Shown here one piece after another: positions 19,704-30,609 of a DNA stretch of 62,733 nucleotides. The notes beneath the pieces are model-generated. The model ran no database searches and was not told the origin of the DNA. It saw only the letters and a program-made list of their open reading frames with translations. Source of the DNA: Eubacteriales bacterium (GTDB lineage Bacteria > Bacillota > Clostridia > Lachnospirales > Vallitaleaceae); NCBI GenBank assembly GCA_030535295.1, contig JAUMXK010000001.1, forward strand, positions 1 through 62,733. The letters are read 5' to 3'. The position numbers and the translations under genes are program-made. The stretch's first letter is position 1. The number at the start of each line of letters is the position of its first letter.

Positions 19704-22463
19704 TTATTTTACTCTTTCACTATGCTGCCGATTGACTTTGGAATAAAAATCTATCAGTTCCAGCGGCTTATGGAAATAGTAACCTTGAATCATATCACAG
19801 CCGGAATCACGTAATATCTCAAATTCGTCCTTTGTTTCCACACCTTCGGCACAAACTTTCTTTCCAAATTTATGGCAGGCATAAACAATACTGGCAATAA
19901 AATTGATATTGTCCTCCGAGCTGACCATCTCACTGATAAGACTTCTATCCAATTTGACAATCGTTGCCGGATACTTAATCAAAAAGGCCAAGGAAGAATA
20001 ACCATCTCCAAAATCATCAATCGCTACCTCAATCCCCAATGCCTTACAATTTTCCACAAATTGTCGTACCATGGTCGGCGTTTCGTCATAATGCGTTTCG
20101 GTAATCTCCAAAATCAAGCGTTCTCCGCTCAAATTATATTTTTGTAAAGTTTCCTCCAAAAACGGCAAAAACTCCTTATCCAAAATCTGATAATAGCTGA
20201 TATTAACCGCCAGTCGAAAATCCGGCATCACCATATTAATTCGCTTGCAGTGTCTGATAGCCTGCTCCAGCACCCATCTTCCCACTTGCAAAATCAATCT
20301 GCTATTTTCCAGCATCGGTACAAAAACAGTCGGCGAAATATCCTTGCCTTCAAAACTCCAGCGCAGCAGCACCTCTCCCGAAGTAATCCCCATCGTTTCC
20401 GTCGATACTACCGGTTGAATTACAATTCGGAAATTCTTGAAATTATCCACCACATTCTTATTTAACTCCATAATAAGCTGGGCTCTGGTCTTTTGCGAAT
20501 AAAGATTTTTCTGCGAATGTACCAAATAAGCCTTTTCCGGCATGTGTTTGGCTTGATTTAAAAGTGCTGTCATATTGACCAAAATATCCTGTGGCAGGCT
20601 TTCATCTCCGGATTCCTGAATAATACCGATAGAGCACGGAACCTGAACCACAATATTATTGCTGTAATATACCCTACTGATAATATCCTTCAATTCATGA
20701 ATCAATTCTTCCAAGGTATCCTCGACATTCGGAAGTACAATGGCAATAAAACGCAAGCCATCCAGACGGTAAAAACGCAGTTTATTTCCAAAATTCGCAA
20801 GCAACTTCTTGGAAACCTTATTCAAAAAAATATTGGCAGCATGTCTTCCCCGCAATTCATTCAACTCCGAAAAATTATTCAAAGTAAAACCGATGATATT
20901 GATGATACTATTTTGATGTTGTAATTCCCTGATTTTCTTAGCTGCAGCAAATTCCTTCGGAAAATTCGTAATCGCATCCACAATAAATTGCTGCTCCTGT
21001 CTGGATACACCACCGGCCACAAACAAAGCCTCCTTGTGCTCATTATCCCATTTAATAATGCCATGACTGTGTACCCAAAGATTGTTGTCCGCTCGGTCCT
21101 TGACACGGTAGCGCAAATCATGATAAGCCTTGTTGCCGCTGAGTACATTGGTGATGTCACGGCGAAACATCTCCAAATCCTCCTGGTCGGCAATTCGCTT
21201 TTCCCATGCCCCCAGAAAATCAGACACAATATTACTTTGAAAGCCGAAAGTATCCCTCATCTCATCCGAAATATAAAATAAATTCGATTGCAAATCACCG
21301 ATAAAAGGATAGTAATCCGACATGGAAATAGCCTTAAAAAAGGCAATCGGGTCAAAATAATTACTCTTTAAAAATTGACCGATTTCATTATGAACATCCA
21401 CCTCTCTCTTGATATCCACTGCAATAAAATCATTGGCGGTAATCCTGTTTTGCCTTCTATCTCTGCTTTGACCGGTAACAGGATTCGTCTGGCTATAATA
21501 AACAGACTTGTCCTTATACATCGCTTTTTCCGCTTTGTGAATAAAAGACGAAAGGCCCTTTTCCACTTCATCCACCCAAACACTCCCGACAGCCATATGA
21601 TTTTGATTTTTGTAGACCAACTCTTCCAATTGAGAAACCGACTTATGAAACATCTCTTTCCCTTGTGACAAGGAAAAAACCACAAATTCATCTCCGCCGA
21701 TTCGATAGATTTTTTCATTCGGAAAAACAGCCTTCAAGACCTCATGCCAGTGTATAATCAACTTATCGCCATAGATATGTCCCATATTATCGTTGGTTTG
21801 TTTCAGACCGGTAATATCACAAAAGACAATTCCCAATTCCGCCGAGCCTTCATAATCCTTAATAAACTCGCTATACGCATGTCGATTGAATGCCCCCGTC
21901 AATTGGTCATGATAACTCAAATATTCCAGTTTTTTATTCAAATCCCTTCGTTCTATGACATAAGATAAAAAATACACAATGCCTGACAGGAAATCCGCAA
22001 TCGGGTCAATCTTATCCTCTTCGGCATTATCCACACCTAAAAATCCGATTAATTCTCCATGCAGCCGAATCGCTACTGTCACCAGAGAATGAATATCCTG
22101 TACCTTCAATGTTGCATACACATCCGGATGGCTATCTTTGATATCCTCCAAATCCCGAATAATAACCGGATAGTCATTCTCAAATAAATCCCACCACCAG
22201 CGAATCGACTCCAGCGGCTCTTCCTGCAAAAAATCTTTTTGAGGTGCAATTCCTTGGGCACACCACTCATAGGTATTACAAACTGTTTCATTTTCCCGTT
22301 TTTCAAAAATATAGCTTCTCTCACACCGACATTTTTCACCCAGATATGCCAGCAAACTCTCCACAGCTCTATCCGGATCATTTTCGGAAATCATTCTCTT
22401 CAGGCTTTCATTTATCTCCGTTTCGCCATAAGAGTGTCCCGAATTGTCCCACACTGAATTCAT
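19704..22463 (-). CDS. GAF-GGDEF-PAS-degenerate GGDEF-EAL c-di-GMP enzyme
   Basis: GAF (NTYEWCA, GFLGVDN), intact RIGGDEF, PAS, degenerate RLDGLRF, EAL domain (EVL, DDFGDGYSS, EGVET, QGY). Confidence 0.92.
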   Translation of the reverse strand: MNSVWDNSGHSYGETEINESLKRMISENDPDRAVESLLAYLGEKCRCERSYIFEKRENETVCNTYEWCAQGIAPQKDFLQEEPLESIRWWWDLFENDYPVIIRDLEDIKDSHPDVYATLKVQDIHSLVTVAIRLHGELIGFLGVDNAEEDKIDPIADFLSGIVYFLSYVIERRDLNKKLEYLSYHDQLTGAFNRHAYSEFIKDYEGSAELGIVFCDITGLKQTNDNMGHIYGDKLIIHWHEVLKAVFPNEKIYRIGGDEFVVFSLSQGKEMFHKSVSQLEELVYKNQNHMAVGSVWVDEVEKGLSSFIHKAEKAMYKDKSVYYSQTNPVTGQSRDRRQNRITANDFIAVDIKREVDVHNEIGQFLKSNYFDPIAFFKAISMSDYYPFIGDLQSNLFYISDEMRDTFGFQSNIVSDFLGAWEKRIADQEDLEMFRRDITNVLSGNKAYHDLRYRVKDRADNNLWVHSHGIIKWDNEHKEALFVAGGVSRQEQQFIVDAITNFPKEFAAAKKIRELQHQNSIINIIGFTLNNFSELNELRGRHAANIFLNKVSKKLLANFGNKLRFYRLDGLRFIAIVLPNVEDTLEELIHELKDIISRVYYSNNIVVQVPCSIGIIQESGDESLPQDILVNMTALLNQAKHMPEKAYLVHSQKNLYSQKTRAQLIMELNKNVVDNFKNFRIVIQPVVSTETMGITSGEVLLRWSFEGKDISPTVFVPMLENSRLILQVGRWVLEQAIRHCKRINMVMPDFRLAVNISYYQILDKEFLPFLEETLQKYNLSGERLILEITETHYDETPTMVRQFVENCKALGIEVAIDDFGDGYSSLAFLIKYPATIVKLDRSLISEMVSSEDNINFIASIVYACHKFGKKVCAEGVETKDEFEILRDSGCDMIQGYYFHKPLELIDFYSKVNRQHSERVK

Positions 22464-22514
22464 TGTTCTTCCCTTCCTAGTGTACTTTTCTTGAAATGGT
22501 TTTTTATTGTTGCT

Positions 22515-25500
22515 TTAAACCCGAATAAACTTGTCCTCTTCCTGTCTGATCTCATTCTGCCCTATCAAGCTTTGCAGGCCCGTATTTACTATGCTTTGTG
22601 CTTCATCACCCATCATCATATAGCCATGAAATTTAAAAACTTCTCTGCATAAATTTTTAAAATCCAGGCTAATTTGCTCTGAAAGGATTTCCAAAATCGT
22701 TGCCTCAATCTCCTTCCGGCAAATATAGGCAAATTTTCTCTTGTCCTCTCGAAAACGCCTTGCTTGCATTTGACTTCGGTATTGTGCTTCACTCTTCCAC
22801 AGTACCTTTTTATCCGCTTCCTCCACACAAAATACATCGGCTTTTTGGGTTGCTAGCCTTAGGATTTCCGTCACCTTAGAGCCAAGCTGTGCGATTCCCC
22901 AAACACCCGCAATCCGGCGAAAGGCATCTTCTTCTACCACAGGAGCCTCAAATTCCACCATATCCCAAATAAATTGCACCATAAGCGGCATAGCCAAATC
23001 CTCATAGAATAACTCCTTCGGATATTGATTCTCCGCAAGAGGAAACATCTCATAATAGATTTCCTTTTTCGGCTGTGCTTTGACATACTCAATTTGAAAA
23101 GTTTCTTTTTTATTCTCCTTATCCGAAGAGATTCCTGTTTCCTTTTGTCCCTCGTTTTGCAGATTTTCTATCTCTAGCAAACGACTCTTGATTCGCTCCA
23201 ACACATCCCGCTTATTCTTGAACCAGTCCATTGTCCAGACCGGAATCACATTCCACTTTAGACGATTGAGCATAAAAGGCTGTACCACAATCTTATCTCT
23301 GACCGCCGGCGTGTCGTGGTATTGATATCCGTCAATCACGACCGCCGCCATAAATTCATTGGCATTTTGCTTGCTAAGTACGCCGATATCAATGCGGTAA
23401 TTGGATTTTCCGACTCTCTTTACTACAGAATAACCGGCTTTTTCTATTTCAGCTGCAATCACGTCAATCAGCAAATCCTTATGTAATTTCATATTTTGAA
23501 TATCCACTCGCAAAGAATTCTTATTTGCAGCAAATTCCAGAAAATGTTTCAGTCCTGCTACTCCCAAAGCATCTGTTCTGGATAAATCAATTTGTTCCGG
23601 CCTCAAAGTGGAAAAGACCATCATTTCTTCTCTGGAACGGGAAACTACTACATTTAGACGTTTCCAGCCTTCACTATGATTAAGCGGCCCGAAGTTCATG
23701 GTCACTTTCCCCTGTTTGTCCGGCCCGTATCCGACCGAGAAGAGAATCACATCCCTCTCGTCCCCTTGAACATTTTCCAGATTTTTGACAAAGATTTCTT
23801 CGCTCAATTGCTGTGCATATTCTTCGTACTGCGGATTTCTTGCAAAAAATTCTTCCAGTTTGGTTTGAATCAGCTTTTGTTGTACGGAGCTGAATGTCAC
23901 AATACCCAAAGACTGCTTGCGAGAGCCTTCCTCCGATAAACGCTTTTCCACTTCTTTGATAATGGCTTCCGCCTCCGCCATATTTTGCTTGGTTGAGCTT
24001 CTGTCATAGTAGCCTTCTACTTTTACAAACTTTACCTTAGATTCCAAGTCATTGAAAGAAGGGAAAGTATAAAGCTTATTTTCATAATATTGCGAGTTGG
24101 AAAACGCAATCAAACTTTCATGCTTGGAACGATAATGCCATTTCAAATGCAGTTCCGGGAAGGAAATTGCCTGACATTCATCCAAAATGCTCTCTTGGTC
24201 GGTTTCATCAAATTCCATCTCCTCTTCATCAAAATTGCCCTTAAAGAAAGAAGTTGGCGGCAACTGATTCGGATCTCCCACCACAATCAATTGATTTCCA
24301 CGTGCAATTGCTCCCACTGCCGCATGGGTATTGACCTGCGAAGCCTCATCAAAAATTACCAAATCAAATTTCGGGAAAGAAGGATCGATGTACTGTGCGA
24401 TTGAAATCGGGCTCATCAACATACAAGGTGCAATCTTCCTTAATACATTCGGTGTCATATCAAATAATTTTCTAAGTGACAGACCTCTGCCCCCATTTTT
24501 CACTGCTTTTTTCAGTACTCCCAGTTCCGAGCCGGCATTGACGTCACCGGATGGCTGCGGAATGTTGGCAGTCAGCTTTTCAATTAACTCCAAGCGAATC
24601 ATCTCCGTCACAATCTTGAGTTCCTTGCGATATTGCTCCAACAAGTATTCAAAATTATGATGGTTAAATGTAGATAAGTGATTCTTCGTTTCTAAAAGCT
24701 CTAATACACCATGATACATTAAAGATTTCAAAGTAATCGCCTTAAAATCCTGTTCTTTTATTTCTTCGCTTTCCAGCTTTTCCATCATTGCTTCCAGGCC
24801 GGACTTTGTAAATTCATTTCGAATTTGCAGATAGGCCAACCACTTGTCCATATTCGGATAGGCATAAATAATACGCTGCAATTTCTCAATGATTTCTTCC
24901 AAGCTTTCTTCGGCAATGAAATTATCATCCTTTGTAAGCTCTTGAATCTGCTCTTTGAGTCGGTCTGTCTCTTGCAATCTTTGATTTATCTCAAGAACAT
25001 TTTCTTTGATATTTTGTTTCAAGAAAATACGGTCTGATTGTTGACGTGTCAACCAATTGTTAAAGTCAATGGTCGGCTCTATTTTTTTGATTTCCATCAT
25101 TTTTTCAACAACTAAAATAGTGGCCGAAATATCCTCCGAGAATTTTTGCCAATCCGTTTCCACACCTTGCCAGTGAGTGCTAAAAATATGCTGATTACGA
25201 GCCATAAAGCTTTCAATATCCTTGCCCAAAGACTGAAACTCTGCCAATCCTTCCAATTTTGCCTTGACCGTTTCCTTGTTTATCAAAGCCGGATTCTTAG
25301 CATGAGCACGCAGTCTTTTGACAATAGCGTTTTGACCGAACCATTTCGGCAAAAACCATTTTTGACACTCCAAATTCCAATTGACCAAAATTTGTGCCGC
25401 ATCCAAACCCAAAACTGTCGCATTGAATTCTTGCATCAGTTCTCGATAAATTAGCTGTTGCTTTTGCCCCTTCAGTAAGATGTCCGTCACTGAGGTATCG

Positions 25501-28289
25501 ACTTCTTCTCTGCCGAATGTCAACAGATAATGCCAAATCAGGTCATCTCTTTTGAACATCCGAGCCTGTACTTCCAAATTCATTCGCCACAATAAGAACG
25601 ATTTTTCGGCTCCTTCCGGCAGGGATATCTTACCGGTTTCTTGCCTAATTGCCATGAGTTTTTCATTCAGAGCCAAAATTAATTCCTTTAAATGGGATTG
25701 CTCTTTAAATGACAACTCCGCATTTCGGATAAAACGAAGCCCGTTTTGCGGCACCGGCTTTACACTATCAAAAATCGGCAGTAGTCTGTCCATGCTTTCT
25801 GTCAAATTCCAAATTTCTTCTTTCCCCAACCGGGCTGCTCTTTCGCTAACCGAATAGACGGTTTGTGTCAGCTGTGCTTCATATTGAGAAATCATTTCAT
25901 AAATACTGTACTGATTTTCTCTGATTTGATGAAGCACCTCGGCTGTTTCCTTTATTTGATTGTGACATTGCAATAAATGTTCTCTTCTTTTCTGTATTTC
26001 TTTAATCGAGCCGTTTTCCCTTCGTTCCAATACTCGCCCGATTTTTGCCAATACTTCCGTCTTCTTGGTCTTATTGGAGTGGAGTTCCAAAGCAAAATCC
26101 CCCAGACCGATTTTTTCCAAACGAGATTGCACGACATTCAGAGCCGCCATTTTTTCCGCTACAAAGAGCACCGACTTATTATTGTATAAAGCCGACGCTA
26201 TAATATTGGTAATCGTTTGAGATTTACCGGTTCCGGGAGGTCCATGCAAGACAAAGCTACTCCCTTCCGTAGCCGAATAAACCGCTCGCAATTGCGAAGA
26301 ATCCGCATCCATCAGCACTGCATTCTTTTCAAAAAACTCTGTCTTATCCACCTCTTCGACCGGAATAATGGCAGGACTTTGAAAATCCAAACTCCCCTGC
26401 ATCAGACTTCCGACAATCGGATTGGACATCAGCTCTTCATTGCGGCTGTGAATATCATTCCACATCACAAATTGGTTGAAGGAAAAAAGTCCAATATAGC
26501 TGACTTCAATGACATCCCAACCTTTTTTGTCCAAAATTGCAGTACGAAAAGTATTTAGCACTTTTTGAATATCAATACCATGCTCATCCGTCGGCAACGG
26601 TGTCAAACCAGGAAATTCCAGATTCAACTCCATTCGCATTTTTTCCAGCAATGTGGTATTGACCTGTACTTCTTCATCTCGAAAGCGAATAACATAACCT
26701 TTCAAAGAGGATTTGCGAATGAGTTCCACCGGATAAAGTAAAATCGGAGCAAAACGAGGTTGTTTGGATAAATCGGTTTCGAACCATTTTAAAAATCCGA
26801 TTGCCACAAACAAAGTGTTGGCACCGTTTTCTTCCAGCTCCGTGCGGGAAGTATAGTACAAAGATTTGATGGCATCTGTCAGCTCGTCCTCATTTAATAA
26901 GGTAACCAGACGGCCGCTTTTCATTTCCGTATTCATATACTCTCGATACTCGTCCTTTAGAGCTCTGGTATACGAATACTCCTTTTCTTTTCTGTTTTCT
27001 GCTTCCATCTCCGGCGGACAAGCCACCAGTGAAAATTCTTTTCCGGAAGACAAATTATCCTCCAGCACCCTCAAATCTCCCTCCAAAATAGATATACTCT
27101 TGCGAGTCGGACGAAAATTCAAAAGGTTATTCCGCAAGGTCAGATTCAAAAGTTTTGACTCCCATACCTGCAAACGATTTCGCTTCTTGCCTGATGTAAT
27201 TTCAAGATTTTCACTATCTACAATAGACTGTGGCATTTGGCTTTCCAAAGATAGACCTTCCCTTGTGCCCTGCTCCATAAACGGCACATCGGAAAGAAGC
27301 TCTACTTTTTGAGGAATTGGTTTTATCCCCAAAGAACGAGCTTTCTTCACATCCAATAAATATTCAAATGTATCTTCGGTAAATATCTGCTCCTCCGCCT
27401 TGGCAACAGCCGCTTCATATTCCACTGTCTGATGAGCCGTCATAACGGTAGTTTCTACAATTTCAATAGTCTGCATCCCCTTGGCAAGGCGTTTTCTCAA
27501 GGTGGTTTCATCGTCATCAATACTACTTTGAAAAGATTGATCTTCTAGCCAACAACCGACAAACGCATGTCCTTCCAAAAGAATAATCAGCGGATTCAAA
27601 CCCACATATTCCAAGCAAGCGGCATATAAAGCCGATAATTCAATGCAATTGCCCATACGATTTGCAAGAACATCCTCTGCCAAGCGAATTCTTTGTCCTG
27701 ATTTTTCAAAACTAGGCATAGCACTGACATAAGCAATCGCTTCTCTTTGAATCGCCAGATAAAGTGCCTTCATTTGGGCTCTGACATCATTTTTATCTTG
27801 GGTTTGATAGCCGGTAAAAGCCAAATTCCAACCCGTCAAAATCTGACCGGCAGATTGCACCAATTGACGAATCACCGGATGATTCGGTGTGACAAAAGCC
27901 GCAATCAAAGCAGGATGATAATTACTGCCCAGCCATTGATCATAGGCTAAGACATGAATCGGAAAATATTTTTCATAGACTTTTTCCGAGCCGACTGTCA
28001 CCTCTACCAGAAACGACATATCATATCCCTCTGTCATGGAGGCCAGTTCTGTCGCCACCACCTTCAAAGGTTTTCTTTCAAAATTAAACTTTAGGGATTC
28101 GCCGGCATCCAGCTCAATTCCCTCTTCCGTCCAATCTTCCACAATTTTGTTATCCCATGTAATGCGAAGACTAATCCCTTCTTTTCGCTCTTTTTCGTCA
28201 TTCATAAGAGAAAGCATGGTAATAATTGGAGTTTTATTCAAATATGTCACATAACTTAAAGTGGAATTATATTCCATAGAAACTATCAT
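22515..28289 (-). CDS. DUF4011 / SF1 (UPF1-like) helicase / Vsr-like nuclease / DUF3320 protein (Hhe-like) with a transglutaminase-like N-terminal region
   Basis: WESKLLNLTLRNNLLNF (DUF4011), HGPPGTGKSQTI, FDEASQ, VGDPNQLPP, HYRS, VQGDERD, RIDIGV...DG..YH...WTMDW; start moved to MIVSME behind AAGGAG. Confidence 0.88.
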   Translation of the reverse strand: MIVSMEYNSTLSYVTYLNKTPIITMLSLMNDEKERKEGISLRITWDNKIVEDWTEEGIELDAGESLKFNFERKPLKVVATELASMTEGYDMSFLVEVTVGSEKVYEKYFPIHVLAYDQWLGSNYHPALIAAFVTPNHPVIRQLVQSAGQILTGWNLAFTGYQTQDKNDVRAQMKALYLAIQREAIAYVSAMPSFEKSGQRIRLAEDVLANRMGNCIELSALYAACLEYVGLNPLIILLEGHAFVGCWLEDQSFQSSIDDDETTLRKRLAKGMQTIEIVETTVMTAHQTVEYEAAVAKAEEQIFTEDTFEYLLDVKKARSLGIKPIPQKVELLSDVPFMEQGTREGLSLESQMPQSIVDSENLEITSGKKRNRLQVWESKLLNLTLRNNLLNFRPTRKSISILEGDLRVLEDNLSSGKEFSLVACPPEMEAENRKEKEYSYTRALKDEYREYMNTEMKSGRLVTLLNEDELTDAIKSLYYTSRTELEENGANTLFVAIGFLKWFETDLSKQPRFAPILLYPVELIRKSSLKGYVIRFRDEEVQVNTTLLEKMRMELNLEFPGLTPLPTDEHGIDIQKVLNTFRTAILDKKGWDVIEVSYIGLFSFNQFVMWNDIHSRNEELMSNPIVGSLMQGSLDFQSPAIIPVEEVDKTEFFEKNAVLMDADSSQLRAVYSATEGSSFVLHGPPGTGKSQTITNIIASALYNNKSVLFVAEKMAALNVVQSRLEKIGLGDFALELHSNKTKKTEVLAKIGRVLERRENGSIKEIQKRREHLLQCHNQIKETAEVLHQIRENQYSIYEMISQYEAQLTQTVYSVSERAARLGKEEIWNLTESMDRLLPIFDSVKPVPQNGLRFIRNAELSFKEQSHLKELILALNEKLMAIRQETGKISLPEGAEKSFLLWRMNLEVQARMFKRDDLIWHYLLTFGREEVDTSVTDILLKGQKQQLIYRELMQEFNATVLGLDAAQILVNWNLECQKWFLPKWFGQNAIVKRLRAHAKNPALINKETVKAKLEGLAEFQSLGKDIESFMARNQHIFSTHWQGVETDWQKFSEDISATILVVEKMMEIKKIEPTIDFNNWLTRQQSDRIFLKQNIKENVLEINQRLQETDRLKEQIQELTKDDNFIAEESLEEIIEKLQRIIYAYPNMDKWLAYLQIRNEFTKSGLEAMMEKLESEEIKEQDFKAITLKSLMYHGVLELLETKNHLSTFNHHNFEYLLEQYRKELKIVTEMIRLELIEKLTANIPQPSGDVNAGSELGVLKKAVKNGGRGLSLRKLFDMTPNVLRKIAPCMLMSPISIAQYIDPSFPKFDLVIFDEASQVNTHAAVGAIARGNQLIVVGDPNQLPPTSFFKGNFDEEEMEFDETDQESILDECQAISFPELHLKWHYRSKHESLIAFSNSQYYENKLYTFPSFNDLESKVKFVKVEGYYDRSSTKQNMAEAEAIIKEVEKRLSEEGSRKQSLGIVTFSSVQQKLIQTKLEEFFARNPQYEEYAQQLSEEIFVKNLENVQGDERDVILFSVGYGPDKQGKVTMNFGPLNHSEGWKRLNVVVSRSREEMMVFSTLRPEQIDLSRTDALGVAGLKHFLEFAANKNSLRVDIQNMKLHKDLLIDVIAAEIEKAGYSVVKRVGKSNYRIDIGVLSKQNANEFMAAVVIDGYQYHDTPAVRDKIVVQPFMLNRLKWNVIPVWTMDWFKNKRDVLERIKSRLLEIENLQNEGQKETGISSDKENKKETFQIEYVKAQPKKEIYYEMFPLAENQYPKELFYEDLAMPLMVQFIWDMVEFEAPVVEEDAFRRIAGVWGIAQLGSKVTEILRLATQKADVFCVEEADKKVLWKSEAQYRSQMQARRFREDKRKFAYICRKEIEATILEILSEQISLDFKNLCREVFKFHGYMMMGDEAQSIVNTGLQSLIGQNEIRQEEDKFIRV

Positions 28290-28479
28290 ATCCTGACTCC
28301 TTTTGATTTCACGATGTATTGACCCTTTGGCCATTACTTCTATCATACCGTTTTACAAGTTTTTTTTCAACCTGTTTTATTAATTTTATTTTTATCTTTG
28401 ATATATGGATTCTAAAAAGATAAAACAAGAAAATTTATCCAAATCTCATTAGCAAAAATATTTTTCTTATTACCGCTCC

Positions 28480-28527
28480 AAACAGCAATCAGGGTATGAA
28501 TTCTCATTCATACCCTGATTGCTGTTT
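28480..28527 (-). terminator. Perfect 22-bp-stem hairpin ending the frl operon
   Basis: AAACAGCAATCAGGGTATGAAT-TCTC-ATTCATACCCTGATTGCTGTTT. Confidence 0.6.
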
Positions 28528-28610
28528 CATTGTTTAGAAGGTGGTCTTTTGTATTTCATCATTGACAAGGGATTTCCCGCTTCCCTTGTTGGCGATATTT
28601 CTACAATTCC

Positions 28611-29456
28611 TTATTTATTCAAATAATTTTTTAGCCACTTTACTGATTTTTCCACGGACTGATGAGGATTTTCCCAGTATATGGAATCATTGATTTCCAA
28701 ATCTATAATTCCATCATAGTCATATTCTTCCAATGTTTGCAGATATTCTTCCAAAGGTAATTCCCCATCTCCCAAAATATAATGACAAGTATCAGCAAAA
28801 TGAATCAGCTCGATTCGCTCTCTACCCAGTTCCTCAAAATAATCTTTCAAGCTTTCTCCGGCCACTGCCATGGCCACCACATCCACACAAACATAAAAAC
28901 TTGGTGAATCCACTTCTCTCAAAACTCTTTTGACATCCTGCAAATTGACTACCAGATTGCTTTCATAAGGCTGAAGCTGCTCCAAAAGTAATTTGATTCC
29001 TTTTTCTTCGGCCATTTTGGCAATCTTTTTGAAGGTATCCACCAAATATCCGAACGACTCTTCTCTGGAGCGGTCCAAAAGCCCACAACCGGAATTGATA
29101 AAAAGTTTATCCGTTCCCAGATAAAGTGCATCCTCCATAGCCATAGCAAAATAATCAATTGTCCTCTTGCGTACTGCCTCTTCCGGTGAGGCAAAACTAT
29201 ATGGATATGCCAAAGTTTCCGGTGTATATACTACCACTCTTTGACCATTTGCCTCCATTTTTTTCTTCATTTCATCCAGCTTGTGTCTGGCATCCTCAGC
29301 AAAAGGATAGTCCAGACGACAATAATGCGGTATCGCTCCCCATAAGTCAATCATCTGAATTCCGCATTGTTTCATTGACTTTAAATAATAATCAAACGAA
29401 TAATGAAAATACTGCACACTCATCACTGCAAATTGATTGATTGAAATCTTACCCAC
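28611..29456 (-). CDS. Second FrlC-like TIM-barrel sugar epimerase/isomerase
   Basis: IDLWGAIPH, YTPE, EQLQPYESN, IHFAD, GDGELP; GTG start behind AGGAG. Confidence 0.82.
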   Translation of the reverse strand: MGKISINQFAVMSVQYFHYSFDYYLKSMKQCGIQMIDLWGAIPHYCRLDYPFAEDARHKLDEMKKKMEANGQRVVVYTPETLAYPYSFASPEEAVRKRTIDYFAMAMEDALYLGTDKLFINSGCGLLDRSREESFGYLVDTFKKIAKMAEEKGIKLLLEQLQPYESNLVVNLQDVKRVLREVDSPSFYVCVDVVAMAVAGESLKDYFEELGRERIELIHFADTCHYILGDGELPLEEYLQTLEEYDYDGIIDLEINDSIYWENPHQSVEKSVKWLKNYLNK

Positions 29457-29580
29457 TTTTCTCCTCCTATCGCTTTGCATTTATCCTTTATGAGTTCTCT
29501 TTGCCTTGGATATTTTCGCTTATCAGGCAAGTTTTTCTACCATAGCATTTCTTCCCTTTCGGTTCACACTTCTTTCTTCA

Positions 29581-30594
29581 TCAGTACGGAAACTGCCGAT
29601 AATATCTGCGAATGGTCATCGGATGACAAAATTCTTTTTCCATATACGCATCCACTCGATTATTGACCGCTCGAATCACCAAATGTGAAATCGAGCCTCG
29701 GAATTCCGGACTGATTCCCTTTAATTCATAATCTTTACTGTCGATAATGGTATAGTTGCGGCAAACTCGCGGCAAAAAAGCCTTCACTCTTTCGCTCAAA
29801 GGTCTTTGCTCATCCTCACTGAGAAATAAGGTGACCGGTGTTTCCGCATCTACAATTTCAAACATACCATGAAAAAACTCCCCGGAAGTAATTGACTTCG
29901 TGCGAATCCAAAGTTGTTCTTCCCAGTAGCACATAGCATAAGAATACGTACTGCCCCAGGTACTACCTGCTGCCACAAAGTAATGCGGCATTTCCGGATG
30001 CTTTTTGTATGCCTTGTACTTCTTTTTTGCAAATTTTTTCGCAAAACCATCTGCTGCTTTTTCCACTTCAATCAGGGCATCCGCCAAATGTGCTTCCATC
30101 TCCCTGTTGTATCTTTCATATTCCGGAAATTCTCCGTTATTATACATCAAGCGATTAGCCACCATAAAAAATTTTAATTGCTCATTCATCGGATAAGAAA
30201 TACACCAGTCACATTGCTTTACCATCGGCGAATCCGGTTTATCTACAAAGCCGAACACTCTTGCCCCAATCGTTTTGACTTTCTCAACCGCTTTGATCAT
30301 TTCTTCCGTACTGCCTGTAACAGAGGAAAATATCACCAAAGAGTCCTTAGTCAGCCTTTTATTACCGGTGGTGTTAAATTCAGCCGCACTTTCTACCAGA
30401 ACCGGCAAACTGCTTTTCCCTCTCATATATACTTCCACCTGCATTCCGGATGCCCAAGTACCACCGATGCCCAGAAAGAAAATATGGTCAAACCCCTCTT
30501 TTTGAACAATGTCCACCACCTTTTCTATTTCAGGTCTTAAAGCCAGCGCTCCATTGACGCTTTCTCTTTGCTTCTGTTCATCAAATTTCAGCAT
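29581..30594 (-). CDS. frlB: SIS-domain fructosamine-6-phosphate deglycase (FrlB-like)
   Basis: GIGGT, SVTGSTEE, MCYWEEQLW, EFFHGMFE, HPMTIRRYY. Confidence 0.82.
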   Translation of the reverse strand: MLKFDEQKQRESVNGALALRPEIEKVVDIVQKEGFDHIFFLGIGGTWASGMQVEVYMRGKSSLPVLVESAAEFNTTGNKRLTKDSLVIFSSVTGSTEEMIKAVEKVKTIGARVFGFVDKPDSPMVKQCDWCISYPMNEQLKFFMVANRLMYNNGEFPEYERYNREMEAHLADALIEVEKAADGFAKKFAKKKYKAYKKHPEMPHYFVAAGSTWGSTYSYAMCYWEEQLWIRTKSITSGEFFHGMFEIVDAETPVTLFLSEDEQRPLSERVKAFLPRVCRNYTIIDSKDYELKGISPEFRGSISHLVIRAVNNRVDAYMEKEFCHPMTIRRYYRQFPY

Positions 30595-30609
30595 TTTCTT
30601 TTCCTCCTC

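Noticed and set aside
28480-28527. Perfect 22-bp inverted repeat as a mobile element
   Set aside because: Single copy in the window with no target duplication; its position after the frl operon fits a terminator or stabiliser.
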